A DNA stretch of 64,000 bases, from positions 69,910-133,909 of the forward strand of contig JAHKAJ010000024.1 of the NCBI GenBank assembly GCA_018826075.1, in the 5' to 3' direction. The stretch comes from Candidatus Omnitrophota bacterium (GTDB lineage: Bacteria; Omnitrophota; Gorgyraeia; Duberdicusellales; 4484-171). Shown piece after piece: positions 19,388 to 29,455 of this stretch (within the stretch, counting starts at the first letter, position 1; every line of letters starts with the position of its first letter). The position numbers and the translations under genes are program-made. The notes under the pieces were generated by a model. That model was not told the DNA's origin. It worked only from the letters and a program-made list of their open reading frames with translations, and did no database searches.

Positions 19388-19788
19388 AAAAAGAAATTTT
19401 GAGGGTCGTCGATGCAAATTTTAATCGGGCCAAGGAAGGCCTGCGGGTGGTCGAGGATACCTTCAGGTTTGTTTTTGAGGAAGATTCTTTGCGTAAGACT
19501 GCCCGCACTTTACGTCACGCATTAGACTCGATAGCCCGGGAAGAGATTTTTAAAGATGCAATCTTAAGCCGTAATTCCCGAAAAGATATCGGTAAAGCTT
19601 TAGACCGGTTAGAGATGAAGCGGGAGGATTCCCGTCAAATTCTTTATATTAATTTTCAGCGGGTTAAAGAGTCTTTAAGGGTGCTTGAAGAGTTTTTTAA
19701 ACTTTTACTTCCGTTAAAGGTTTCGAAGGTCAAACAAATACGTTATCAGCTTTATCAGCTTGAACAAAAAGCAGTCAAAAAATGCTAA
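19381..19788 (+). CDS. hypothetical protein, possibly a thiamine-biosynthesis-associated domain (resembles the N-terminal extension of some ThiE proteins)
   Basis: The RVVDANFNRAKEGLRVVED motif. Sits immediately upstream of thiC and overlaps it. Confidence 0.35.
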   Translation: MLKKEILRVVDANFNRAKEGLRVVEDTFRFVFEEDSLRKTARTLRHALDSIAREEIFKDAILSRNSRKDIGKALDRLEMKREDSRQILYINFQRVKESLRVLEEFFKLLLPLKVSKVKQIRYQLYQLEQKAVKKC

Positions 19789-21035
19789 GCCAAGAGTTAA
19801 TACAACAAGTTGCCAAAAATGAGAAAGTTAAACCTCAGTTTTTAAAACAGCAGCTCAACCAGGGCAGAGCTGTCATCCTTTTTAATCGAAATCATCCTAA
19901 CTGTCAGCCGATGGCTGTTGGCGAAGGTTTGAAAGTAAAGATCAATACTAACCTCGGCCTTTCGACTAAGAAAACTGACATAAAAGCCGAATTAAAAAAA
20001 CTCCGGGTGGCTTTAGCCAGCGGGACTGATACGATCATGGATCTAAGCGTTAGCCCGAATTTAGGAGCTTTACGCCGGATGCTCTTACGGCAGTGCCCTA
20101 AGCCTTTAGGAACAGTCCCGCTTTATGAAGCGGCGGTCGAAGTCGAGCGGAGAAAAGGTGATATTAACCGGATGACCTTCGATGACCTCTGGGACGTTTT
20201 GAATTTACAAGCTAAAGAAGGCGTTGATTTCTTTACCATCCATGCCGGAATCTTGAAAAAATATGTTCAAGGATTAAAAACTAAAAAAAGAGTTTGTGGA
20301 ATTGTCAGTCGCGGCGGTTCACTTCTGGCCCAGTGGATGCTGAAAAATAAAACCGAAAATCTTTTTTATACCAACTTTGATAAAATATTAGCCTTAGCCA
20401 AGGCTTATAATATTACGGTCAGTCTGGGAGATGCTTTGCGGCCCGGAGCAATTGCCGATTCTACCGATAAACCCCAATTAGCGGAATTGCGTACTTTAGG
20501 AAGGTTAGTCAAACGTTGCCGCCAAAAGAATGTCCAGGTGATCGTGGAGGGGCCAGGACATATTCGTTTGGACGAAATAGCTACCAATATGTTTTTAGAA
20601 AAAAAACTTTGCCATAATGCCCCTTTCTATGTACTGGGGCCATTACCGATAGACATTGCTTCAGGGTATGACCATATTAGTTCAGCGATCGGTGGAGCTT
20701 TGGCGGCATTTTACGGAGCTAGTTTCTTGTGTGTAGTGACTCCGGCTGAACACTTGCGGCACCCTTCAGCCGAGGACATTAAAGATGGCGTTATCGCCTC
20801 GAAGATCGCTGCTCATTCGGTAGATGTTTTGCGTTTCAAGGATGAGTGGAAGCGCGACCTGACTTTGTCTTTGCATCGTTCGAAAAGGCAATGGCAAAAA
20901 GTTTTTCCTTTGACTATCGATGAAAAAAAAGCCCGTTTATACAGGAAAGACCTGCGGGTTTCCGAAGATATCTGCTCGATGTGCGGAAGTTTTTGTTCGA
21001 TGAAAATTTCTGAGAAATGTAATCTGCTTAAATAG
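19782..21035 (+). CDS. thiC: phosphomethylpyrimidine synthase
   Basis: ThiC radical-SAM family with the C-terminal CSMCGSFCSMK cluster motif. 417 aa. Confidence 0.9.
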   Translation: MLSQELIQQVAKNEKVKPQFLKQQLNQGRAVILFNRNHPNCQPMAVGEGLKVKINTNLGLSTKKTDIKAELKKLRVALASGTDTIMDLSVSPNLGALRRMLLRQCPKPLGTVPLYEAAVEVERRKGDINRMTFDDLWDVLNLQAKEGVDFFTIHAGILKKYVQGLKTKKRVCGIVSRGGSLLAQWMLKNKTENLFYTNFDKILALAKAYNITVSLGDALRPGAIADSTDKPQLAELRTLGRLVKRCRQKNVQVIVEGPGHIRLDEIATNMFLEKKLCHNAPFYVLGPLPIDIASGYDHISSAIGGALAAFYGASFLCVVTPAEHLRHPSAEDIKDGVIASKIAAHSVDVLRFKDEWKRDLTLSLHRSKRQWQKVFPLTIDEKKARLYRKDLRVSEDICSMCGSFCSMKISEKCNLLK

Positions 21036-21110
21036 TATATTAAGGCACTTCGCCGCTGTCGGCTCAGTGCCGCAAAAAAATAAAGAATAACCCTGGGATA
21101 TACTTTTTTT

Positions 21111-21181
21111 GCGGGCGTGGTTCAATGGCAGAATATGACCTTCCCAAGGTTGAGACGGCGGTTCGATTCCGCTCGCCCGCT
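21111..21181 (+). tRNA. tRNA-Gly (anticodon CCC)
   Basis: 71-nt cloverleaf folded by hand. 7-bp acceptor stem GCGGGCG/CGCCCGC, D-loop with GG, anticodon loop TTCCCAA (U33, CCC, A37), T-loop TTCGATT. Confidence 0.85.
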
Positions 21182-21351
21182 TTCTTCTTCGCCCTTGGTA
21201 TTTGAGTTAGGCAATTTGACGGGTTTCGAAGGAATTAAGGGTGGGTTAAAAAAATATTGTCTTTTTTTAAATTTAAGATAAGATAGTACAGTTTTCCCGA
21301 TAAGGATGTTCTGCCAGCTGATATTCTTATTAAAATATAATACCGCTTTTC

Positions 21352-21987
21352 ATGATTGATAAATTGTTTTTATTGCTTATAGCTGTCAGTTTTGCTTCCT
21401 GCGCGCCGGCGCAGTCCCGTTATCAACAACCACGCCTTCAAGTAAGTTCTTCCCAAAAATTAGAATATACCGTTAAATCCGGAGATTCTTTATGGCGAAT
21501 CGCTCAGCGTTACGGAACCTCCCTTCAAACCTTAATGAAAATCAACAGCCTGGGATCAGCAAGTAAATTAAAAGTCGGCCAGAAAATAAAAGTTCCGAGT
21601 TTGGCTCAAAAAGGCGGAAAGATCTTTAGCTGGCCGCTTAAAGGCCAAGTTTTAAATTTTTTCGGCGATAATGTCGATAACTCGATTAACCGCGGGTTAA
21701 ATATCCAGGCTTTGGATTCTTCGAAAGAAGTGCGGGCGTCTGCCAAAGGTAAGGTAATTTTTTCTGACCAGCTCAAAGGCTGGGGTCAGACGATTATTTT
21801 GCGTCATACTAATGATCTTTACACTATTTATGCAAATCTAGATACTTGCTTAATCAAGGAAGGTGTAATTGTCGAAAAGGAGCAAGCTATCGGCCAGGTT
21901 GCTTCCGGGAAAAATGGAAACTACTTGCTGCATTTTGAGATTCGAAAGCGTTATACTCCCCAAGATCCATTGCAATACATTAATTAG
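21352..21987 (+). CDS. LysM-domain M23 family peptidoglycan endopeptidase (lipoprotein)
   Basis: Lipobox FASC. LysM motif (YTVKSGDSLWRIAQRYG). C-terminal M23 domain (LHFEIR). Confidence 0.8.
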   Translation: MIDKLFLLLIAVSFASCAPAQSRYQQPRLQVSSSQKLEYTVKSGDSLWRIAQRYGTSLQTLMKINSLGSASKLKVGQKIKVPSLAQKGGKIFSWPLKGQVLNFFGDNVDNSINRGLNIQALDSSKEVRASAKGKVIFSDQLKGWGQTIILRHTNDLYTIYANLDTCLIKEGVIVEKEQAIGQVASGKNGNYLLHFEIRKRYTPQDPLQYIN

Positions 21988-21992
21988 TTATT

Positions 21993-23555
21993 ATGGCTAA
22001 CGATCTACGAGCAATCAAACTTTCAGTATTCGATAAAAGATTAAAAGCCTTTGCTGACGGTTACCGGCAAAATATCGCCTTGTTGGGAAATGATTCCGAC
22101 GAAACATCTTATCTTCTGCAAAAGTATATACAGGAAGCCAGCAAAAAAGATTTTATTTATATTCATCTGTTTACCGCCTATGTAGGGAAAAAGGAATTTC
22201 TTAAAGCCGTAGCCTTTTCTTTGCTGAGCGGCTATACCCAGCAAACCGACAGTTTGGATAATTTGATCTATTTTTTAAGCCCGCTGCTTCCGGCTACTAC
22301 CGAAAACATCAAACGCTGCCTTAAAAATAGCTCGATCAGTTTTTTGGAAATACTGGAAGTGATCAACGCTTTTATCAATGAGAGCAACCGGCAATGTATA
22401 TTTTTAATCGAAGAATTTCTGGAAGCAGCCAATCTGTTTGATGGTTTTTATGACGATTTTTCAAAATTTATAATTTTACAGAAAAATTGCATGGTCGTTT
22501 TAACCGCTTCGGCAGAAAAAGAGGCCTTAAAAGTATTTTCCGATGAACTAAACCTTTTATTTGGTAATTTTGAAGTAGTCTCCCTAAATGAAAACTTGTT
22601 TTTAAACAGTATTCTTCATCTAAAAAATAATTTATTGCCGTTAAAACCATCGCCGTTTTTTTTATCCTTTTTTGTCAATCTTCTGGGTTCGAATTCTCTT
22701 TATTGCGATTTTTTTGCCAAGTGTATTAAAGACCGGTACCGTCAGGATGATGAAGAGAACTCTATAGTTTCGGTGCTGGCCGATTGCCTTTACGTTCCCC
22801 AAACTTATTGTTTTCAACGGTTTATCAAGAAAATCGAGCAGTTAAAATTCAGCTTCAAGGATTTTAATTCGATTTTAGAGATTTTACTGCATCTTAATCA
22901 AGGCTATCTACGTAAAAAAGACCTTTTGGCGTTAGACCTTTGCGATTCCCGGGAGCTTTCCAGCAAATTACAAAAGCTTACTGATTTGAATTACCTGGTA
23001 AATTTCGGCGATATTTATCGGATTTCTGACCCTTTGTTTTCTTTTTGGCTTTCCCATGTTTTTATTTTTTACTCTTCGGCGCTTTTGCTTGATCCGAAAA
23101 AACGCAGCCAGCTCTACCGGGAAAACCTGGAAAAAGAAATAACCCTTTTTAAGGAAGAGTTTTTCACTGGTTCTTTGGAAAAAGTTTTACAGCTTTTCAC
23201 TTGTTTTAAAAACGATACTCTCCGTTTAGGTAAAATTCGTTATAGCCTGCCTTCAATTGAACGGACTAAAACAATATCTGATTCGGAAAAAGATTTTCAT
23301 TTGATCATCGGTGAAGGTAAAGAGATTATTTTTGCCGGGATTAAAGGATCCGATGCAGACGACAATGATATTTTTGAGTTTATCGAGAAAGGCATCAATG
23401 TCAGAGGTAAGGGGGTAAAAAAAATATTCATCTCTTTGGGTGAATTGCCGACCACTACCCGTCTGATCGCTAAAAATAACAAAATTACGGTTTGGGATCT
23501 AGCTGAGCTCAACCGCCTTTTCCAGATATACAATAAACCGGTATTTGTTAAATAG
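21993..23555 (+). CDS. hypothetical 520-aa protein. Possibly a degenerate AAA/'archaeal ATPase'-like N-terminus with a C-terminal DUF234 / restriction-endonuclease-like fold.
   Basis: No canonical Walker A motif. The C-terminal segment HLIIGEGKEIIFAGIKGSDADD...EFIEKG resembles a PD-(D/E)xK core. Assignment is tentative. Confidence 0.35.
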   Translation: MANDLRAIKLSVFDKRLKAFADGYRQNIALLGNDSDETSYLLQKYIQEASKKDFIYIHLFTAYVGKKEFLKAVAFSLLSGYTQQTDSLDNLIYFLSPLLPATTENIKRCLKNSSISFLEILEVINAFINESNRQCIFLIEEFLEAANLFDGFYDDFSKFIILQKNCMVVLTASAEKEALKVFSDELNLLFGNFEVVSLNENLFLNSILHLKNNLLPLKPSPFFLSFFVNLLGSNSLYCDFFAKCIKDRYRQDDEENSIVSVLADCLYVPQTYCFQRFIKKIEQLKFSFKDFNSILEILLHLNQGYLRKKDLLALDLCDSRELSSKLQKLTDLNYLVNFGDIYRISDPLFSFWLSHVFIFYSSALLLDPKKRSQLYRENLEKEITLFKEEFFTGSLEKVLQLFTCFKNDTLRLGKIRYSLPSIERTKTISDSEKDFHLIIGEGKEIIFAGIKGSDADDNDIFEFIEKGINVRGKGVKKIFISLGELPTTTRLIAKNNKITVWDLAELNRLFQIYNKPVFVK

Positions 23556-23564
23556 TTTGTTTTA

Positions 23565-24062
23565 ATGAGAATTTTAGTGATTTCCGATACTCATATACCA
23601 GTAGCTGCTTTGAGCTTACCGCCAATAGTGCTCCAAGAAGCCAAAAAAGCTGATTGTTGTTTTCACGCCGGTGATTTTATTGAGTACTCGCTTTTTCAAA
23701 CCCTTTGCAGTTTGACTAAGACCTATGCGGTTTGTGGCAATATGGATTGCCAACAGCTAAGGAATGAACTTCCCGAGGAGATGGTCGTACAATTAGAAGG
23801 TGTCAAGATCGCTTTGACCCACGGAGCCGGCCATCCGGCTAATTTATTGAATTATATCCAAAATAAGTTTGCTTCCCGGATGGAGGAAATAGATATTTTT
23901 GTTTTTGGCCATTCGCATTGCGCTACCGATAAAGAATCCGGCGGAAAGATCTACTTTAATCCCGGATCGGCAACTGACAAGGTGTTCACCGCTTGCCGTT
24001 CTTATGGTATTTTGGATATAAGTGGCCGTTCAATCACAAGGAGTATTTTAAAAATTGAATAA
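23565..24062 (+). CDS. metallophosphoesterase, YfcE/MJ0936 family
   Basis: MRILVISDTHIP...GD.....GN.D...GHSH motifs of calcineurin-like phosphoesterases. Confidence 0.75.
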   Translation: MRILVISDTHIPVAALSLPPIVLQEAKKADCCFHAGDFIEYSLFQTLCSLTKTYAVCGNMDCQQLRNELPEEMVVQLEGVKIALTHGAGHPANLLNYIQNKFASRMEEIDIFVFGHSHCATDKESGGKIYFNPGSATDKVFTACRSYGILDISGRSITRSILKIE

Positions 24063-24525
24063 GCTCTGGGCTCCCTGGAGGATACATTATATCCAGGCTA
24101 AAAAAGTTAAAGAGTGCGTTTTTTGTAAAATCGCCAGTCAAAAAACTGACCAGGCTAATTTTATTCTTTACCGGAGCCAATACTGTTTTGCGGTTTTGAA
24201 TATTTTTCCTTACAATAACGGCCACAGTATGATAGTGACTAACCGGCATGTAAAATCTTTGGAGAAGTTAGAAGATTCGGAACTCCTGGATATAATGAAA
24301 ACTTTAGTTAAAACAAAGGCAAAGATTAAAAAAATCCTAAAGCCAGAGGGTTTTAATGTCGGAATTAATTTGGGAAAAGAATCCGGAGCCGGTATAGCCG
24401 GGCATCTTCATATTCACCTTGTGCCGCGTTGGAGGGGAGATACTAACTTTATGCCGGTGATTGCCAAGACAAAAATAATTTCACAAAGCTTAAAAGAGTT
24501 ATGTCGACAATTTAAAAAGAAATAG
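24055..24525 (+). CDS. HIT family (histidine triad) protein
   Basis: Histidine triad HLHIHLVPR. The CVFCKI motif is also present. Confidence 0.8.
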   Translation: MNKLWAPWRIHYIQAKKVKECVFCKIASQKTDQANFILYRSQYCFAVLNIFPYNNGHSMIVTNRHVKSLEKLEDSELLDIMKTLVKTKAKIKKILKPEGFNVGINLGKESGAGIAGHLHIHLVPRWRGDTNFMPVIAKTKIISQSLKELCRQFKKK

Positions 24526-24538
24526 TACAATATAAAAC

Positions 24539-25579
24539 ATGCAGCGCTACCGAGAAGTTTTTCCAGCATTTCATACTTTATATCGTTTGACCACCACCCT
24601 TGACGATTTATCCAGTTTTGCCATGGGTGTTTGTCGTCTTTATCGCAATGCTTTTTCCGCCGACAAAGTGGTAATTGTCTGTAAAGGCAATGCTTCTCAA
24701 GGGTTTATAAAGATTTGTCTTGAAAATAAACGCTCACAGGTAAAAAAAGGCGGCATTTCCATACTTACCCGCGTTGAGCGCGAATTGCTGAAGCAGGAAA
24801 AGGAACTGGTTTTACCTAATCGGTTGATTTATCCCTTTGTCTTTACCCATGTTTTGGGAGGTATTTACATAAAGCGCGGTTCGCACGCCAACGGTTTTAG
24901 CGAAACTGAAAAGCGCTGGTTTCTGTCTCTTTGCGAGGAAGTCAGCCTGGGCTTAAAAATATTTGAACTTTATCAAGAGCAGAAAAAAATAATGCTTAAT
25001 TACATAAAGTCTCTATCCCAATTTTTAAACCAGTACGTACCTACTTCCTATTTGCACACCAAGATCATATTCCGCCTGATCAAGGCTATGACCAAGGCTT
25101 TAAAATTATCCACTGTAGAAGCACAATCCTTAGAATATGCATCGTTACTCCATGATGCCGGAAAAATGCAGGTCCCTTCACAGCTGCTTAAAAAACAACA
25201 ACCGCTTACCGAAGAAGAATTTAAATTAATCGCTAAACACCCTCGCAAAGGTGTCCAATTGTTTAAAAACCTGGAAATTCTAAAGCCGGCTATACCGATA
25301 ATCTTACACCATCATGAGCGTTATGATGGCAAAGGATACCCTTCGAAGTTAAAGAAAGAACAGATACCCCTGGCTTCAAGAATACTAGCGGTTTTAGATA
25401 CTTTTGATGCGATGTATTTTGGCCGGCCTTATCGGCGTAAACGCCGCCTTAAAGAGATTGAAAAAGAATTTCGTGCCCAGCGCGGAAAACAATTTGACCC
25501 GCGGATTGTCGATGTTTTTCTTTCAATACTCAAACGGAAAAATATACAAAAATACTTCAAATTGTCTTCAAAAAAATAG
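24539..25579 (+). CDS. HD-GYP domain c-di-GMP phosphodiesterase with an N-terminal GAF-like sensory domain
   Basis: HD motif (LLHDAGK) and HHERYDGKGYP, the HD-GYP signature. Confidence 0.8.
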   Translation: MQRYREVFPAFHTLYRLTTTLDDLSSFAMGVCRLYRNAFSADKVVIVCKGNASQGFIKICLENKRSQVKKGGISILTRVERELLKQEKELVLPNRLIYPFVFTHVLGGIYIKRGSHANGFSETEKRWFLSLCEEVSLGLKIFELYQEQKKIMLNYIKSLSQFLNQYVPTSYLHTKIIFRLIKAMTKALKLSTVEAQSLEYASLLHDAGKMQVPSQLLKKQQPLTEEEFKLIAKHPRKGVQLFKNLEILKPAIPIILHHHERYDGKGYPSKLKKEQIPLASRILAVLDTFDAMYFGRPYRRKRRLKEIEKEFRAQRGKQFDPRIVDVFLSILKRKNIQKYFKLSSKK

Positions 25580-25663
25580 ATTGCGCCTAATTGGGCTTGC
25601 GATTAAGAAAATCCCTGTCAGGTTAAGGAAACCCTTGATTTTTCCAGGGTTTAGTTTATAATA

Positions 25664-26200
25664 ATGGCTATGGAAGATAGACAGCTTTACCTTTTCGGTC
25701 TTAAAACTAACCCCGGCGAAACCTCTAAAAAACAAAGGGTTGGTCTTCCCTTGGATATTTTGATTATTGTCGGTGTGGTTTTTAGCCTTTCTTTGATCGT
25801 AGCCTTTTCCTTAGGGGTAGAAAAAGGAAAAAAAATAGCCTTAAGAAAGCTTAACCCCGATACGGTTGTAGCCGAACAAAGCTCCGAAGAGGTCAAAATC
25901 GACTTTGAAAAAAAGCCAGAAGTAACCAGTCCTAAACTGCCGGTAAAAGCTTCCGACACTCCAGTTGAAACTGTAAGTGATAAACAAAAATACAATATTC
26001 AAGTTGCCAGTTTCCAGCAGGAAACCGCAGCCCGTAGAGAAGTCGAGCAGCTTAAAGAAAAGGGTTACCCTACCTCGACAAGCAAGAAAGGTAAGTATAT
26101 CGTAATTTACGTAGGTGAATTTGACGATAAAGAAAAGGCCAAATCTAATCTCGAACATTTAAAAAAACGTTATAAAGATTGCTTTCTGCGGCAATTGTAA
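25664..26200 (+). CDS. SPOR-domain protein (septal peptidoglycan binding)
   Basis: TM anchor. C-terminal SPOR-like segment YNIQVASFQQETAARREVEQLKEKGYPT...YIVIYVGEFDDKEKA. Confidence 0.65.
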   Translation: MAMEDRQLYLFGLKTNPGETSKKQRVGLPLDILIIVGVVFSLSLIVAFSLGVEKGKKIALRKLNPDTVVAEQSSEEVKIDFEKKPEVTSPKLPVKASDTPVETVSDKQKYNIQVASFQQETAARREVEQLKEKGYPTSTSKKGKYIVIYVGEFDDKEKAKSNLEHLKKRYKDCFLRQL

Positions 26201-26211
26201 GGAGGAAAATC

Positions 26212-26454
26212 ATGGGTTTACATCCGTCATTAAAACGTGCCAATGCTTTGGGCGGCAGCCGTTCAGTAATGAATCGTACTGAACGGATAAAGTGGCTTAT
26301 CGAAAAAGGTAAATGGAACCAAGGCGATCCAGTTTTAGGATTACCTAAGATAAAAATCGTCAAACTGAAAGCTCTTAAAAAAGAAAAGCAAAAACCTGAA
26401 GAAGAAGGCCAGCCGGCTGACGCCTCAAAGACATCTCAAAACAAGCCAGAATGA
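26212..26454 (+). CDS. small basic hypothetical protein (80 aa)
   Basis: ATG at 26212 follows an AGGAGGAAAATC ribosome-binding site. Lys-rich C-terminus. Confidence 0.4.
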   Translation: MGLHPSLKRANALGGSRSVMNRTERIKWLIEKGKWNQGDPVLGLPKIKIVKLKALKKEKQKPEEEGQPADASKTSQNKPE

Positions 26455-27317
26455 GGATAGGGTTTATTCTCCTGGTATCAGTTTTCTTCTCTGGGCTCTT
26501 GATCTGTGCCCCGGTTACTTATGAAGTAGCCAAGGATCAAATCAATGCTCGGGTCGATTCTACAGTCCTTTCTGAATCTATGGGCTTGTTAAGTGAGGGG
26601 CAAGAAGTCAAAGTCCTTGATGAAAAGTTTGATTGGTATAAAGTCATCCTACCCGAGACTTTTAGCGGTTATATTTCCAAAAACTTTGTTAAGGAAACCG
26701 GAAATAACCAGTTAGTGGTTACCGGCGATAGTGTCAATTTACGCTTCCGGCCAGACTTAACCTCTCCAGTCATCGGAAAAGTTAACCAAGGCGATATTCT
26801 TGATTTTATAGAATCTTCCGGGGATTGGATCAAGGTCGCTGGCTACCCGCACATCACCGGTTGGGTGCATAAAACAGCTTTAAGCCAAAATAATTTTTCA
26901 CCGGAACTAACTGTTTTGCTTGATCAGATTTTCCCTCAGCTTTCCCAGCAGGACATTAAAAACAAAGTTTCTTTGCATAAACAGCTCATTGATCAGGGAG
27001 GAGTAATCATTCCTTTGCTGGAAGCTAAACTTGCCGATCCGGATATCAATGGTGTTTATAGCTTGATTGATATTTTAAGCCAAATAGCTATAAAACAAAC
27101 TGAAAGCGGGGATTGGGGGCTGGCCCGCCATTTTTTAGAAAAGGCAAAAAAATCGACACCTCAGGCGGCAAGCGCTTACTTGGATGTTTTACAAAATGTC
27201 TTAAAACCAGAAGGTAAAAAGACAGCCTATCTCTATTTGAACCAGAAAGGAATGCTTTCGGCTGAAAATATTAAAGTCGCCCTGGACCAATTTAAAACCA
27301 GGCTGGATAGTATTTAA
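26451..27317 (+). CDS. secreted protein with two bacterial SH3 (SH3b) domains
   Basis: Signal peptide. Two repeats of the GYISKNFV / GWVHKTAL type, typical of SH3_3. Confidence 0.55.
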   Translation: MRIGFILLVSVFFSGLLICAPVTYEVAKDQINARVDSTVLSESMGLLSEGQEVKVLDEKFDWYKVILPETFSGYISKNFVKETGNNQLVVTGDSVNLRFRPDLTSPVIGKVNQGDILDFIESSGDWIKVAGYPHITGWVHKTALSQNNFSPELTVLLDQIFPQLSQQDIKNKVSLHKQLIDQGGVIIPLLEAKLADPDINGVYSLIDILSQIAIKQTESGDWGLARHFLEKAKKSTPQAASAYLDVLQNVLKPEGKKTAYLYLNQKGMLSAENIKVALDQFKTRLDSI

Positions 27318-27329
27318 AACCAGTAATCA

Positions 27330-27941
27330 ATGTCTATTCTTTATTTAGCAGCAGTGGTCATTATTCTTTTATTGTCGGTTACTATCCATGAATACGCTCA
27401 TGCTATAGTTGCCGACAAACTGGGGGATTTAACCCCGCGCAGCCAGGGCCGCTTGACCCTGAATCCTTTTTCCCATTTAAGTATCCTTACTACAATAGTC
27501 GTGCCTTTGCTAATTGTTTTTGCCAGTCGGGGTTTGATCCCGCCTTTGGCCAGGGCCAAACCGGTAAGGATCAACCCCTATCATTTTAAAAATCCCCGTC
27601 AAGATATGATTTTAGTCGGGGCAGCCGGTCCTCTGGCCAACATTTGTCTAGCGGCGATCTGTATTCTTCTGGCTAAGATCGCGATCCCCATACTTTCCGG
27701 TATTCTCAGTTTCGCCGCATTTTTGAATTTTATTCTGGCAGTTTTCAATCTCATCCCCATACCGCCTCTGGATGGTTCCCGGATAGTTGCCGGGTTTCTG
27801 CCGATAAGGCAATATCAGATTTACCGCAAAATTGAGAAATTTGGCTTTTACCTTTTAGCTCTGTTGATGTTTTTTTTGATCGCCAGCGGCAGCCTATTAA
27901 AAATTATTGCTTTTTCACAAAACCTGATTTTTTCCATATGA
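27330..27941 (+). CDS. site-2 protease family (peptidase M50) zinc metalloprotease
   Basis: HEYAH (HExxH) in TM1 and the NLIPIPPLDG motif. Polytopic membrane protein. Confidence 0.7.
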   Translation: MSILYLAAVVIILLLSVTIHEYAHAIVADKLGDLTPRSQGRLTLNPFSHLSILTTIVVPLLIVFASRGLIPPLARAKPVRINPYHFKNPRQDMILVGAAGPLANICLAAICILLAKIAIPILSGILSFAAFLNFILAVFNLIPIPPLDGSRIVAGFLPIRQYQIYRKIEKFGFYLLALLMFFLIASGSLLKIIAFSQNLIFSI

Positions 27942-29059
27942 ACGCCAAACTTACAACCAAAACCATACCGGTGAAGTTAAAAGAAAATTCTCACTATATA
28001 CATATCGGCAAAGGCCTATTTAAAACAATTGCTTCTCATATTGCTAAACTTAACCCGGGTAATTTTGGAATTGTGATCACTTCGCCTAACATCTATGCTC
28101 CTTACCGCAAGTTGATTTTAAAGAATTTTAAGCCGGGAAAATATAAGATTATCCAGGTGGTTGATGGTGAAGCCGCCAAATCGAAAAAATGGTTGTTCGA
28201 GGTGGTGGAAGAGCTGATCCGGGCCAATAGCTGGAAGCGGCGGCCGTTCATAGTCTGTTTGGGCGGCGGGACTATCGGCGATCTGGGTGGTTTTGTTGCC
28301 GGCATCTATAAACGCGGCATACCCTATATCCAGATTCCTACCACTTTTTTAGCTCAAATTGACTCAAGCATCGGCGGCAAGACTGCTATCGACAGCCCCC
28401 GGGTAAAAAATATTCTCGGGGTGATCTATCAGCCAAAAGCAGTTTTTATTGACCCGGATTTTTTAAAAACTCTTCCCTTGAGCCATTTTAAAGAAGGCCT
28501 AGCCGAAGCTGTCAAATACGGAGTGATCAAAGACCCTCAGCTGTTTAATTTTTTAAAGACCCACCATAAGAAAATTCTTCAAGGCGATCCGAGCTGCATT
28601 TTACGAGTAATAACTGCCTGTGTTGCGATAAAGGCAAAAATAGTGGAGCAGGACGAAAAAGAAACTAAATCCCTGCGGACAATTCTTAATTTCGGCCATA
28701 CTTTTGCCCATGCTTTGGAAGGTTCACTGAAATATCGAAAAATATCGCATGGCCAAGCTGTAGCTTTGGGCATGGTTTATGCCGCAAACTTATCGTTTAA
28801 CCTGGGATTTTGCAGTCAGCAGCCAGTTTCTCAAATCAAGGAGATCCTGGAACTTTTTGGCCTGCCGACCACCATAAGGTTTAACCAGCTAAAAGCCTAC
28901 CAATCATTGGTTTATGATAAAAAATTCCTTACTGGTAGGCTGCGGATGGTGATTTTGGAAAAAATCGGTAAAGTCCGGGTATCAGAGGCTATAAGCCCCT
29001 CGGAGATAAAAAAAACGTTTAAAGTTTTAAACCGACCGTTCATTGACAAATACCGGTAA
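27938..29059 (+). CDS. aroB: 3-dehydroquinate synthase
   Basis: GGGTIGDLGGF...IQIPTTFLAQIDSSIGGKTAI motifs. Confidence 0.85.
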   Translation: MNAKLTTKTIPVKLKENSHYIHIGKGLFKTIASHIAKLNPGNFGIVITSPNIYAPYRKLILKNFKPGKYKIIQVVDGEAAKSKKWLFEVVEELIRANSWKRRPFIVCLGGGTIGDLGGFVAGIYKRGIPYIQIPTTFLAQIDSSIGGKTAIDSPRVKNILGVIYQPKAVFIDPDFLKTLPLSHFKEGLAEAVKYGVIKDPQLFNFLKTHHKKILQGDPSCILRVITACVAIKAKIVEQDEKETKSLRTILNFGHTFAHALEGSLKYRKISHGQAVALGMVYAANLSFNLGFCSQQPVSQIKEILELFGLPTTIRFNQLKAYQSLVYDKKFLTGRLRMVILEKIGKVRVSEAISPSEIKKTFKVLNRPFIDKYR

Positions 29060-29123
29060 ATATGGTATATTTTATACGGTTTCTACCAATTATTTAATAC
29101 GGTTTGAATATTACGCTGAAAAT

Positions 29124-29453
29124 ATGGATGAACGGCGAAAATACCCAAGAATAAACATATCTTTTCCGGTAGAATGTAAAATGCTGCAGTCACGAGATTA
29201 TTTCTATACTGTCAGTAAAGACCTCAGCCTAGTAGGAGCTAAGATCGTCTGTAACGAATTTCTGCCTAAAAATGATTTTATGAAGTTAAGCCTCAATTTT
29301 ATTAACAAGATACTGGACGTTAAAGCCAGGGTAGTTTGGTCGAGTCAGGAACGCGCTTCTGAGCGCTTTTCAACCGGCGTTGAATTTGTCGAATTAGCCC
29401 CTCAAGCCCGTGATGAACTCACCCGTTTTATCGCCGTAACTCAAGGAAGTTAA
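29124..29453 (+). CDS. PilZ-domain protein (single-domain c-di-GMP receptor)
   Basis: RRKYPRI (the RxxxR motif) and a downstream D.S..G-like motif. Start chosen at the internal Met of the ORF-track ORF. Confidence 0.65.
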   Translation: MDERRKYPRINISFPVECKMLQSRDYFYTVSKDLSLVGAKIVCNEFLPKNDFMKLSLNFINKILDVKARVVWSSQERASERFSTGVEFVELAPQARDELTRFIAVTQGS

Positions 29454-29455
29454 AA

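Noticed and set aside
19300-19400. Expected TPP riboswitch upstream of the thiC gene cluster
   Set aside because: No CUGAGA / ACCUGAUCUGGAUAAUGCCAGCG-type blocks were found. The upstream gene overlaps rfaE2, leaving no leader.
21045-21075. Hairpin GGCACT-(16 nt)-AGTGCC after thiC as an intrinsic terminator
   Set aside because: It is followed by an A-tract on the plus strand, not a U-tract. On the minus strand the U-tract precedes the hairpin. It is not a canonical terminator.
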